Origin: Tubiluchus corallicola
Lineage: Eukaryota; Animalia; Priapulida
DNA: 64,000 bases
Direction of reading: 5' to 3'
Assembly (NCBI GenBank): GCA_030141605.1
Contig: JAQGDQ010000149.1
Span: 421,789-485,788, forward strand
Below, piece by piece: positions 36,780-49,030 of the stretch. The notes beneath the pieces were generated by a model, which searched no databases, had not been told where the DNA came from, and saw nothing but the letters and a program-made list of their open reading frames with translations. Within the stretch, counting starts at the first letter, position 1. Every line of letters begins with the position of its first letter. Position numbers and translations under genes: made by a program.

Positions 36780-39700
36780 TTGAGAACAATATGATTCACG
36801 CATTACAAATTTCACAAATATAAGGCGTTAGTTTAATAAATGTTTACTTACATACTACCATTTACGTGAATAGCATAATTATCACAAGTAGCACAATGCA
36901 CTAAAGCACAATAATCACCTTATGAGGCTCAATATAAATTCAACTTATGTGCGCCATAATGTTAACTATAATTTAGCACTATAGAGGGACTTGCTCTATT
37001 AGCCAACGAAAGAGTCATCGTTACTCATGTCGAGCGGCCTTATATAAACTTTTCCTTCATAAATTAATCCAAATAGTGGACTTCATGCAATGCACACTTG
37101 TATGGTCTGAAACTACCTACAGACCTATTCTAAGGGAAAATCTAAGTTTAACATTCAAGGCTATATTATAAGACTGTGGTTAAAGGAAAATTCATTAATT
37201 AGAAAAAATGCTAGAGAATTTAGGGGAGATTTTATAGACACATAAAATTAAATTTATCTTCGGGAAATATATATGCGATTTCCGGACACTCCCCGAATCA
37301 TAGGGATGCTAAAAATTTCTGAAAGTACAGACAAAAACTGTTATTTCCAATACCAGATGCCACCTGAGATTAAAATATGTGATCAATTGCAAACAGTAGT
37401 AATCAACTAAATTGTCTAACAAATCTAATGAATCCTCAACAAGACAAATCAAATGACAATGCATGGGCGCAATTGGGTTAGTAGCATGAAAGTGTAATAA
37501 CAAGTAACAAATAGTGATAATTTCCTGTTATAATCGTTTTTTGTGTTTTCTTCTTTCATAGAACGTATTTACATCTCCAGTAAAGGGTATTTTATCAGGA
37601 ACATAGTCCGTCCACTAGACACTTGAGTTAAGAAAGCGTAAACTGTAAACTTGAGAACCAGCCAGCACCAACAACCAGCAAACCGTTAGATGGAAAATGT
37701 GCGCACGATGAACGGTACTTGGAGGTGAAGAAACTGCTGAAGAAACTGCTGGAACCATATGAGGAATATATCACCCTTTGGTTAGATGACATCTTTGCTG
37801 ACTGACGCTAAGGTCATGAAGTACTGGTGCTAGGAGTGTCACATGACTTGATGACATCATCGGCTGATTTATTTGCATCTGCAAATGAAGCAGCATTACT
37901 GTTCATTAAAGAACAAGAAGGGCCATGCACAGTTTTAGATGCTAAGTCTACAATATTGCATTGATGAGTGTTATGATCAATGTACTCTAAAGGATAAAGA
38001 TGATTTATGCTTCTGATTAGTTTAGTACCATTAACTAAAACACAAACAGAACGAATATGTCCATCAGTACTAGGTTTTAGCTCTAATATTTTCCCGTATC
38101 GCCATTGTCCACGGGGAAGGTTGTCGAGTCACCTTCCCTTGTTTAACATAAGTCTGATGACGAAGACTAGAAAGGTATTCTGATCGCTAGATGTCCCAAA
38201 AACGATCGAGGTAAAATCGACCTTTCTTCCAAACGTTGAGTAAATTCCTTGCTTAAACTTTCTTGCCAGCAAGGAAGTCCCGAACATCATAATCGAAATC
38301 AGGTATAGATTCAAGAACCTATAGGTGTAAGAGCAACAGATGAATTTATATCTGCATCCACACAGACAATGGGTCTATTATTAATCATAGACTCTACCTG
38401 TGTAATTAAAGTAGTTAGCTGCACAGGTGTTAAGGGGCGACTAGCTATAGTCTTTCTAAGCGCCTTTTTAACCAAGCTGTTCAAACGTTCATAGACGCCA
38501 TATGTCCAAGCTGCCTTTGGTGTTATAAAATGCCATTCCACCCCTTTAGCAATAACTGAGTCTAATACAGCATTCACAAAGATGTAATTAATAGTTTCAT
38601 GAGCTAGTTTAAATGATGAAAATTTATCAGAGAGAATAAACTTTGGAAGCCCACGCCTAGCAAAAAATCTTTGCAGACAAAGTGCAAAATGTTCTGCTGT
38701 CAGATTGTGGACTAACTCTAAGTGGACCCCACGGGCGACAAAACATGTAAAGCGACAAATCCGTGCCTTCTCGAACACGGTGTTACCCTCTCTAAAAAAT
38801 CTTTACCCTTACTGGACCGAAGTAGTCGAGTCCACAATACAAAAAAGGTTTAGTGACTTTTATCCGTGATAAAGGAAGGTCCGCCATTTTAGGTAAGGCG
38901 TAAGGACCCCATCAATTGTACGACATGATTGACAGTCAGACAAAACCCGGCGGGTGACAATACGCCCACTGGAAATCCAATATTTTTGACGCACTAATGC
39001 GAGTGTCTGAGATGGGCCAGGATGTAAATTAGTAACATGAACATGTCTTACCACTAATTTTGTAAATTCATGATCCTTAGGTAAGAGGATACACCTTTGA
39101 GAACCATAACTAATTAGGTTATCTAAGCGTCCTGTATATAGAATAATACCATCCTCATCTATGATGAGACCTAAATTTTTCGTATTTCTCAGCTGCTCAG
39201 GAGTGAAAAGGCGATGTGTCTGCCTCACCCATGCTAAAGTTGACTCTCCCAAGTCGGATTACGAAACCGTTTCACAGCTTTAAAGACGTAGCACGTCGTT
39301 CGAAGCAACCTGAGAAGAGAAGAGAACTTGTTAACTGATATGACAAAGTAAGATCACATTTAACATTATCTGTAGCACTAAGAACAGGTTCAAAAGCAAT
39401 CATTTCTTTAGACTCTTTAGTTTTGACCTCTGCCTCTATCTGCTCTAATTGCAAAGATGTAAGAGAAGGCAAATCACAAGTAGGCCGTTTGCGTTTTTTC
39501 AGAAAGCAAAAATTCAGGCACATGAAACCAACTTTCAGATAACGGACCAAAATTTGGCCTGGTAGCACAATCAGCAATGTTCCGCTCAGCTGGTACATAG
39601 CGAAAGAAAAAATTGTCTACTACACTGTTGTGCACAAACGTTAAGAGGTTTACTAGACTTTAACCAGTATAATACGCACAAAGAGTCAGTAAATAGTGTA

Positions 39701-42700
39701 CATGCTACAGTATTCAACTTAAGTTCTTGACAAACATAGTTAACAGCTCGAGTGCCAACTAAAACTCCAAAAAGTTTTAAGCGTGGAATGCTGACATTCT
39801 TTGGAGCGAGGCGAGTCTTTCAAAAGACCAAATCCACTCTAACTTGCCCATCATGAAGTACCTGGCGTAAAAAGACAACACAAGCATAAGCATACATAGA
39901 AGTATCAGTAAAACATATAACAGATCAAATAAAATATTATCATCCATATTTGTACAAACACAACGGGCTATATACAAAGAAAAAATGGTGTACAAGCGAT
40001 CAGCAATCAATTTCCATTGTTCTAAATGATGCTCACTAAGTGGCTGGTCCCAGCCATACTTTTCTACCCAAAGTTGAGTTAAAACAACTTTGCATCAAGT
40101 GTAAGCGGAGATGCATAACCACAGGGGTCAAACGACTGCAACTTGTTTTAATATCTCACGTTTAGTGGAACAATTGTGCATGTTTACATCAATCTTATGC
40201 GAAATAGACAATGTGTCATCCTTGGTGTTCCATTTTAATCCTAATACTTTAATTTCTGAGGATGCAATTTTATCTTCCTCAGGAAGAGAAGCAATAAACT
40301 CTAGGTTATTAAAACCCCATTCCCTCAAATTCGTAGATGCCGTGGAAAACAGATCTTTAGCTAATTTTTAGAAGGAAATGGCTTCATCAGTTGTGGCAAC
40401 ACCAGCTACATGTTAGCTAGAATGCGACTCGCAATGGGTATCTTACCAGACATTTTACTAAGATGATGCTGGACAGTACCTGCTAGCATCCATGGGCTAC
40501 TCAGAGTGCCAAACGGACAGCGAGTAAAACGAAATATTCGCAAGTTACCAGTAGGATCAGTGCTACCAATATCCTTTAATCAAAGAAAACGTGTGACGTC
40601 TCGATCAGGCTCATGTAAACGAACTGCAAGGTAGGCCTTCTCAATGTCCCTAACTAATCCGTACTCGTGCATCCTGAAACGAAGAAGTACACCACATCAG
40701 TCAGGCATTAGAACAGGACCGCGGTATAAACAGTCATTTAGGGACGGACTAGATTTATTTACCTTAGCATAGGCATTGTAAACTATTCTTAATTTAGTGC
40801 TAGCTCTCTGGGGGGGGGGGGGGTGTGATAACTGGGTGATGAGGAATATAATGAATAGTTTTACCTGTAACGGTATCTTCGGTAACAGGCTCAATGATAC
40901 CTTTTTTCTAACTGATCCTGAATGACACTGTCATATTTCTCTAAGAACTGTGGTTGTTTAACTAAACGACGCAAGTAAGATTTTAATTGGCCTAGTGAAA
41001 GTGCAAATTATCAGGAAGTATATCTTGTTTACATCGCCAAGGTCATGATACGTAATAGCGGCCGTCACGATACTCAATAGTATTATCAAAATTCTTTTTA
41101 GCTTCTAAATCTCCAGCACTTGTTGGGCAGTCAGAAATTCCCAACAAGTCTAAATCCCAAAATCGGTTTACATCCAAATTAATGTCATGTTTATTTTGTT
41201 GATACTACGATCAAAGGCTGCTAATGATGTTTCTAAGCTGTCTTTCTCCAAAGTAACTAAACCATCAGTTGTAATACCTGGTTCTATGCAAAGTAATCCA
41301 GCTTTGTGCTCAGGGACTAAAGCAGTTTTCTTGAAATTTGGATATGTTCCTCCTAAGACGTATCCTAAACATGTTGCAACCAGGTCTAATTTCTTCCTTA
41401 AATGGCAAAAGAGTTTGGAAGTAGTAATCACTACCAATTAACAAATCTGTGGTATTGATATGATGGTTTGGATTACAATAGTCATCGGCTAAACTATAGC
41501 CGTAAGTACGTTCAAGAAAAGCAGCTATTTCACGTGGCAAAGGTTCACGCAATGTAGGGGAAGATATGCATTCAACTACGCGGACAACTAACGGTAGATA
41601 CAAATTTTCTTTAGTAATCAAATTAACACGTGTTGTAAAGCACGGTACCCTAGATAAGGTATGACTGCCAAAAGTAGCAATTTGTAAAAACTCACATTTA
41701 GTTGGCTTAATGCCTAATTGCACAGCTAAACGTTCAGTTATATAAAAACAAGCACTTCCTAAAATCAAGCGTTGCATTAACTTAAACCCTTTGATTAGTA
41801 ACAGGATTACTTACAATGCAAGAAGCAGTTTGCATACATACGCTCACCGAGGTAGTTGAATACAGAGCCTTTTCTGAAATAGCTTATGTAGTTGTAAACT
41901 AAAGATCAGGATGACTATTCGCATCTGCAACAGCACCTGTTACCGGGGGAAACTTCTTGAAACAAAGACTTCGGTGATGACCTGGTCGGCTACAATGGAC
42001 ACAAACACGTGAAGTCTTACAGTTAGGTGCATAATGGTTAACGCTTAAACACTTAAGGCACCTAAAGGCTAAAAGTGCTTTACGAGCAGCAGCACTAGAA
42101 TGAACAGTACAAAGAATTTTCCTACCAGAAGCGTTACTGGGTTTTTGCCGCGACTGGGGTGCTGTCTTCTTAGGCTGATCCACAACCTGCAATACACTCT
42201 CACCTCGAGAAACACTCTGTGATTTGGAATAATCAGGCTTACGGTTGAAGAGATCTGGCTTCCGAAGAGCACCAAGTGAAGAAGCTTCTTCTTCAACAGC
42301 TTCCAAGTTAGCAACATAATTCTGCAAACGGTCACGAAGGTCTTCGGTGGTCCAAGACTTACGCTTTTCAGTGAATCTCGAATAGCTGCAAGCACAGATT
42401 TGGGTAAGCGGCTAGTTATTAGTGGAACTACCATATAATCATCTATTTTTCTTCCAGCACCCTTTATAGAACGCAAATGGACTTCAAGCCTATCTAAAAA
42501 ACTGCGCATGTTTTCTGCACCTTCACCAACACATTCTAAGGAAGACAGAGCTTTGTAATGTCTATCAAGCAAAACATCTTCATTACCAAAGGGTTCTTTA
42601 AGCACTGACAAATCAGTAGGATAATTCTCTTTGCAAGTTACGTAACCATTTATAGAACGAGTTGCTGCACCAGTAAGTTTCAACTAAAGATGCTGAAATT

Positions 42701-45410
42701 TTTCCACATCACTTAGATCCCCACTAAAACTTTTGATTTCTAATTTAGGGACTTTACTTTGTACTTTACCGTGTGTATGTGTGTAATAATTTTGAAACAT
42801 TACCTGTGATACATTAGAGGCTGTAGGTCAATTATGAATTATGAATTTATTTTTATGAATTTTTTTTATGAATTATGAATTTATTCCACAGCAACTCAAA
42901 CATACATATAAATTGATATAACATTGAAAAAAACTAAACTATGCGAGTTACTGTGAGGAGGAGGAAGGAGCATTTAGCTTTCGAGTCCTCCTCCAGATAA
43001 GTGAAACAATTGACAATTAACATTACATTTTCATCAGTTATAGCATACATTAGAACAAAATAAGTTTTGTTAGTAACTTAAGATCAGGATGAGTAAAATT
43101 GTGAGTTAATTATACCGTTGTGGTAGGTAATTCTTTGATGCTTTTTAAATTGATAAAGATTAAGAGTTTTCATTTCACGCGGAATTGATGATCATATTTT
43201 AATAGCATTATATTTTGATGACTGTTTCATTATATTTGTTTTTGGAAAGGGGAGTACATAGTTTTCGACTGAATATCTTGTGTAATGATCATGTTGATTT
43301 GAAACTGGACTAAAGTATGACTGAAAAGCTGGCGGAAGTAGTGAATTATGATAGTGATACATGAAATGAAGACAATACATGTCATATATTTCTTTCACTT
43401 TAAGAGTTTTAACAGACAAATAAATTATATTTGTGGGATGGTCATACCTTACATGATATATTAGTTTGATAATTTTGTTCTGGGTAATTTGTAAAGCTTC
43501 CAGATTACTTTTATATACACCACCCCAAGACATGACGCCATATATTAGATATGGGTAGACTAAACTGTAATAGATTTTCATCAATGTTTCTCTATTAACA
43601 AACTTGCGTAATTTATAGATGATTCCCAAGGTTTTACTCAATTTATGCTTTATTATACTTATTTGGTACTTCCAGTCTAGGTGCTCATCAAGAAATATTC
43701 CCAAATATTTAACATGTGACTTTTTTCAACAATAACATTACTAAGAACTATGGTTATATTTCTTGATGGTGTTCTCCTTTTCTTTTTTAGAAGCATGAAG
43801 TTAGATTTATTAATATTCAATGAGAGCTTATTGACATTCAACCATTCTGTTACTTTATTTAACTGGGTATTCATAACACTCTCCAAGTTATCTATATTTG
43901 AATCACTTAAAAAAATATTTGTGTCATCTGCAAAAAGTCTGAAGATTAAATTTGAGCAACTTAGTGGCATATCATTTATATATAGAGAAATAAAAGTGGT
44001 CCTAGAGTAGAACCTTGGGGAACACCATGCTTAATTGGAAGTGTATTGGATTTACATCCATTTAGTTCGACATACTGGAGACGATCACAAAGATAACTTT
44101 TGAACCATGATTGAGCTGAATGCCTTATACCATAATAATGCAATTTGTCTAGAAGAATACAATGATTTACCGTATCAAATGCCTTTGATAAATCTATAAA
44201 CAGACCACAGACATACTGATCATTATCAAGCGCCTCTACAATTTTATTAGTTATTTCAATTAATGCTAATGCTGTTGAATGCGACTTTCGAAAACCGAAT
44301 TGATAGTCATATAAAACTTTGTTTTGTAAAAGAAAAGAGGACAGTTGATTAAATGCGATTTTTTTCAAGTATTTTAGAAAAAACACTTAATAGTGAAATT
44401 GGTCGATAATTAGATAACTTAGTTTTACTATTTGATTTATAAACAGGAATTACTTTAGTGAGTTTAAGCTGTTCAGGAAAAATACCAGTATTAAATGATT
44501 GATTAATTATAAAAGTTAATGGCTTCGAAATGATGTAACTAGCAATTTTAACAAAAAAATTACTGACACCATCTGCACCAGGGGCTTTGTTACCCTTAAG
44601 TCTTGTTAATAATGAAAGCACTTCTACTTCATTAGTAGGTTCAAATCTAAATTCATTAGCGAGATTACCAGTTAAATACGAAAGATGATGCTTATTGACA
44701 TTTGGAATATTTTGTGCCAATGTTGGTCCAACTTCAACAAAAAACTTATTAAATTTATCAGCCATTAACTGGGGTTGGGTTATTTGTCATTATTAATAAC
44801 TAATTTAGTAGGACAATTCTTTTGGGCTTTTAGTTTTACTAGTTCATTGACTATTTTCCACATTGATTTAATATCTTTATTAGCTGACTGAAATTTCTTA
44901 ATATAATATAGTTCTTTGCTTTTATTTTTTAATTTATTCAGGATATTGGCATATGTTTTATATTTATTTTGCTTATTCACATCATTAGATCTAAATAATG
45001 TGACATACATTTTTTGTTTTTTCCTAACACTAACAAGTATTCCTCTAGTAACCGTAGGTGTGGAGGCAGAAGGTAAATTATGTGAATGAGATGATTTGTC
45101 AAGTCCATGAAGTTCTGTCATAACATGTAACTGTGCTATAAGCCGGTTGATTTTATCAGCCAAGTAAAGATTCTCATCAATATACTCATTAGTTTTTTGC
45201 ATAAGTTCAGCAGTGTCATGAGACTGCAAAGCTTGGTCAGTAAGTGTTTCAACACGGCGAAGTTTCTCAGATAAAGAAGATTTAATTGCCCGTACTTTGC
45301 TGGTAATAGAGAGAGGGTCTTTGTTAATGGCACAAGAAGATAATTTGGAAAGATCTTCAGCTGTTTTTAAGTCTTTTAAGAGTCCAACTTCAAGAGAAAG
45401 ATATTGTTGT
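36780..45410 (-). mobile_element. Decayed BEL/Pao LTR retrotransposon (gag-PR-RT-RH-INT), 5'-truncated, interrupted by a LINE
   Basis: Broken frames: Gag PKLEIKSFSGD/KLTGAA..FGN (42069-42760) and knuckles CLKC..H..C, CVHC..HHRSLC; DUF1758-type protease DLLIGSDYY (~41400); RT KLRIVY..SLNDCLYRGP..DIEKAY..PFG (40450-40800); KVLGLKWN; INT RGVHLELV..FFARRGLP..SD..GVYERL (38311-38778). Candidate PPT CGGGGAG precedes TGT at 37288 (3' LTR ~36780-37288, left edge uncertain). No 5' LTR found. Confidence 0.88.
42829..45053 (-). mobile_element. 5'-truncated CR1/L2-group (Crack-like) LINE, ORF2 RT region with frameshifts
   Basis: Motifs KAPGADG, NYRPISLL, QFGFRKSHST, DLSKAFDTVNH, GVPQGSTLGPLLF, LFADDT, YYSLVYPYLIYG. 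3' tail of (ATTCATA)-like repeats at 42830-42885. 6-bp TSD GTAGGT at 42823-42828 and 45054-45059. Confidence 0.92.
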
Positions 45411-45571
45411 ATGCATATATAGTATATATATATATTTGACTGTGATTTTCGCAAACAGTGGCCAACAGCTACATTTTACATGTTATATTACCGTGTACAA
45501 CTTAACTATATTTGTATTCCAGATTTGTTTTCATAAAAAGTTTTGTGTGTTTTCATAAAAAGAATTGTAAG

Positions 45572-45722
45572 AGTTTACAATTCCTCACACAATGTAAATA
45601 CCCTAGCCCTAATCCTAACCCTAGCCCTAACCCTAACACTAGTCCTAACCCCAACCCTAACACTAATCCTAATCCTAATTCGCTTCACGAACTAATTTCT
45701 TGTGTGTATGGAATTGTAAACT
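45572..45722. repeat. Degenerate (CCCTAA)n telomere-like array flanked by inverted repeats (MITE-like)
   Basis: About 13 CCCTAA/CCCTAG/TCCTAA/CACTAA units at 45601-45678. Arms AGTTTACAATTCC (45572-45584) / GGAATTGTAAACT (45710-45722), extending imperfectly via CACACAA/TTGTGTG. Confidence 0.75.
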
Positions 45723-46986
45723 TTAGTCAAAGTTTTTTCTTGCCTACGGTCAACTGAGAATAATGAGTAATTGAAATATATTTGTATTATATAGTCAATT
45801 GTGTTATAGTTTGACTTATTCAATTTTTTGTGTGTTTACAAGCAATATTCTTTTGCGGATTACGCTATTTATAATTGATTAATGATTATAACTCTTATAA
45901 TTTCGTACAAAAAAGCTTTTGATGTAGCCTACATTTTTGCGGACAGCGGATTTTCAAATTTCACGTAAACCTAGTATTCTGCGTCTGTGGCTAAACGAAA
46001 AAGTGATATCCGCAAATCTTAAAAATATGCGAATAAATTTCGCAATGAGGAATAATGTACGCGAAAGACTGTGCACATAGTATGCAAGGCAACTAATTTA
46101 CCACTAATTAAGACTAATGTTTGATTGTGTAGCTAAAATTAAGAATCTGAGTAAAAACTGTTTAACGCCCATCACAATCTAGTAAATCAATACTTTTTTC
46201 TTACTGTTCTTAAGTTACATGTATATGTTTGATATTAGTTGCTGTTTTGCATGTCTTAAATTATATGTTTTATTGCACATCACGAGCCTTTGCTGACTCA
46301 CTAGACTTAAAGGATACCAAGTAAGTGCTTACTTCTACAAGCCTTAGGCTAACAAGGCAAATATTTTCTGTATTACTGCAATGTGCAGACTCTCTATTAC
46401 AGCAATGCAGACTCTCCATTAATTGACATTTGACCAGAAAAATTGTTCACAGTACATATGTTCGTAGCATTCCTACTTTATTTTACTACTGCAATTTTTT
46501 TCGTACAGTAGCTAATAGTCGCCCAAAAACTTTACTGCGTCTGTAACTAAACTTTTGCTTTTAATAAAGGGTGGCTGATTAAGTGACCTGTTGGTCTTCC
46601 GGTGCTCGTCAGTTACATTGAATTTGTCATATAAGTATTCTTTTTGAGTAATGTTGAGAAAATAATGCTGAATTGAATTGAATAAATTCGTGTTAGATCA
46701 GTGCTACCAAAGGGTATATCACAAATTTTTAAGCAGCAGTCGAGTACTGATTGCTTTTGCATTAAAAGGTGCCATGAAATGTAATTATAATAAGTATCCA
46801 TTATTAACTTTCATCGCTACTACTGTACAAGATAAAGAGGTGTACTTATGAATAGTGCATACCAATCATAATTTTGACGAGTTCTTCTCATCTCTGACAT
46901 ATAGCAGCTTCCAGTGTCATAACTGATAAGTGCATCCTCAATAAGTAGTTTGACAATCTGCCAGGCGAAAACTGGGTGATGCCGTG

Positions 46987-48280
46987 TGTGATATATGTGG
47001 TGTACCACCTATGATATAGGACGCTTTCGTTACGACACCACAAACACTTTTTGCTACTAATTACCGATATGTGCTGACACGTGGGTTCAGTGAATCTTTC
47101 CATTTAAGCATAGTTCACAAACATGTATACAGAATAGAAGCAAATAAAACAGTTTTTAATATTACCGATAAATTCTGTGTTTAATGAGAGAATAAGAAGT
47201 AAAAACAATTTACTTTAAACCAAAACAACAACAAACTTGTTATAATTACAAACGACGTTTCTAGATGACTTACGATAATCAGAAGACTAGTTAGCCCCAA
47301 CCCAGGTGAGGGAGAAGGATGTAAGGTAAGTATACTTATCAGTTGTAGTGACTGCAGTCGGAAGCTGTCGGATTCAACGTTTGACGATCTCCATCACTCT
47401 GGAAGCTGGAATAACGTGACTAACCGGTTATGCAAACTTCCTGGAATCTTGTGCAGTTACTCTTCCAAAGCTCAGCAGGGGATGGAATCTTACGTTGCCA
47501 CTTCTACAATGCTTGTCAGGTGTACCGAAGTCGTAAGTGGTTACTTCACTAATCCTAGTGGAGTGCAGTGGAGTCCTGACCCGTGGAGCTCGTGTAACTA
47601 CCATTGATACTGCGTCTGGTCATAACCTGGTTGTTTCTGCACCGGATCTCCTGAATTTCCGTTTACAGCAGTACGTCTAATAAGAATAACAGCCAGTTTA
47701 TGGGTGTTTCCGCCTCACGGCTCGAACACCTAACCCTTTGGTGTGTCAGTGCCCTTTAATCACTTTCTGTCGCCACAGTAATTAAGTCTTGACTTCGATT
47801 GCTAATGTATGTTTCGTCGGAAGCCATATTTGACGACTTCACTGGCTTAGCACGTTCGACCCACTGTCTTGAACCTAGTTTCAATTTCTAGAACAGGTAA
47901 AACTGGATGACCTTGTCCTTTAACACGACGATTCATTGGCCAGATAGCCTGTTCAGTTGAGCATATGACCAATCACTTACTTTCTTGTAAAGGAGATCTA
48001 GGACAGGTATAAGGTGGGACCCTTCCCAGAGCTAACTAGGTGCATGCTCATATATGTACAGTCACAACTTGCTTTACTGTAGTAGGTAAATTCGCTTAAT
48101 GAGTAATTAACTAATGACTCATTCAATTAACATAAGTAATTAGCTAACTTAAGCTATTAATGCAGCCTAAGTATGGGACATACACAAAAATCATACTAGA
48201 ATACAGTTCAACTATATTAGAAGGGGTTGCAATGCTGCTCGGTAGTTCTTATATTCCAGACTGACGTCACGGACGTCACA
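46987..48280 (-). repeat. 3' LTR of the Gmr1-like element (1294 bp, TGTGA...TCACA)
   Basis: Starts TGTGATATAT and ends GACGTCACA. Only three substitutions versus 53541-54830 were spotted by eye. Confidence 0.95.
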
Positions 48281-49030
48281 TAGCCCCCGATCAAAGAGTA
48301 TGCCATATACTTTAAAGTTATGGATGGAATATAAGATCTATCGGGTTAGCAAATACGAATCAAACAAATTATAGCTGGCTAGCACAATACCTAGAAGCCA
48401 TGATTTCAACATTAAGACATCATATCATACGGGCCTGTAAGTTCTACTGAAAATTAAGAGTACATTCGTAAACCAACATTTCATATGAAGCCTTTCACAA
48501 AGCAGTTAAGCTATCACTATAACCTTTACACATCAGTAAAGTAGGAAATGTAAGCAACGCCGAACTTCTCCAAGTTCGAATTACATTCAACAGAGCATTC
48601 ATCAACTCAATATCTAACTATGTGGTACCACGATGAAGTTTTCCTTTAAACTTATCAACCTCCACGTGGTCTTTACGTGATCTGAAGTTACTATCAGATT
48701 AACTAAGCTTCAATACTTGATTCTGAACTAATGGCCAACATGTTCAGCATATAAACATTGGTAGGCTCATGCCTTTCCAATACACAAGGGGCCTCCATCG
48801 TCCCTTGAAGGAGCACTAACAGGTGCAATGCAGTTGGTATGTACCTTGGCATAGGATGCACATAGAGCATTCGACCCTATGTCATCAAAGTAGAAGTTAC
48901 GATATTTTAGGGCTTGCCAATTATAATTCAACTAAATAGATACGAGATTAAACACAAACACAATATTACGACCTTATCACTTTAAATGTTTCTGGCTATT
49001 TACAAGTTACAGTTTTCTTTCTGGTCACTG

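Noticed and set aside
45512-45757. ORF with PNPNP repeats
   Set aside because: Translation of the CCCTAA array.
46280-46330. Possible plus-strand micro-exon ending CCAA|GTAAGT
   Set aside because: No convincing acceptor or recognisable peptide.
47416-47607. Identical 63-aa ORFs at 47416 and 53970
   Set aside because: GTG-start antisense ORFs inside the two LTR copies; identity reflects LTR duplication.
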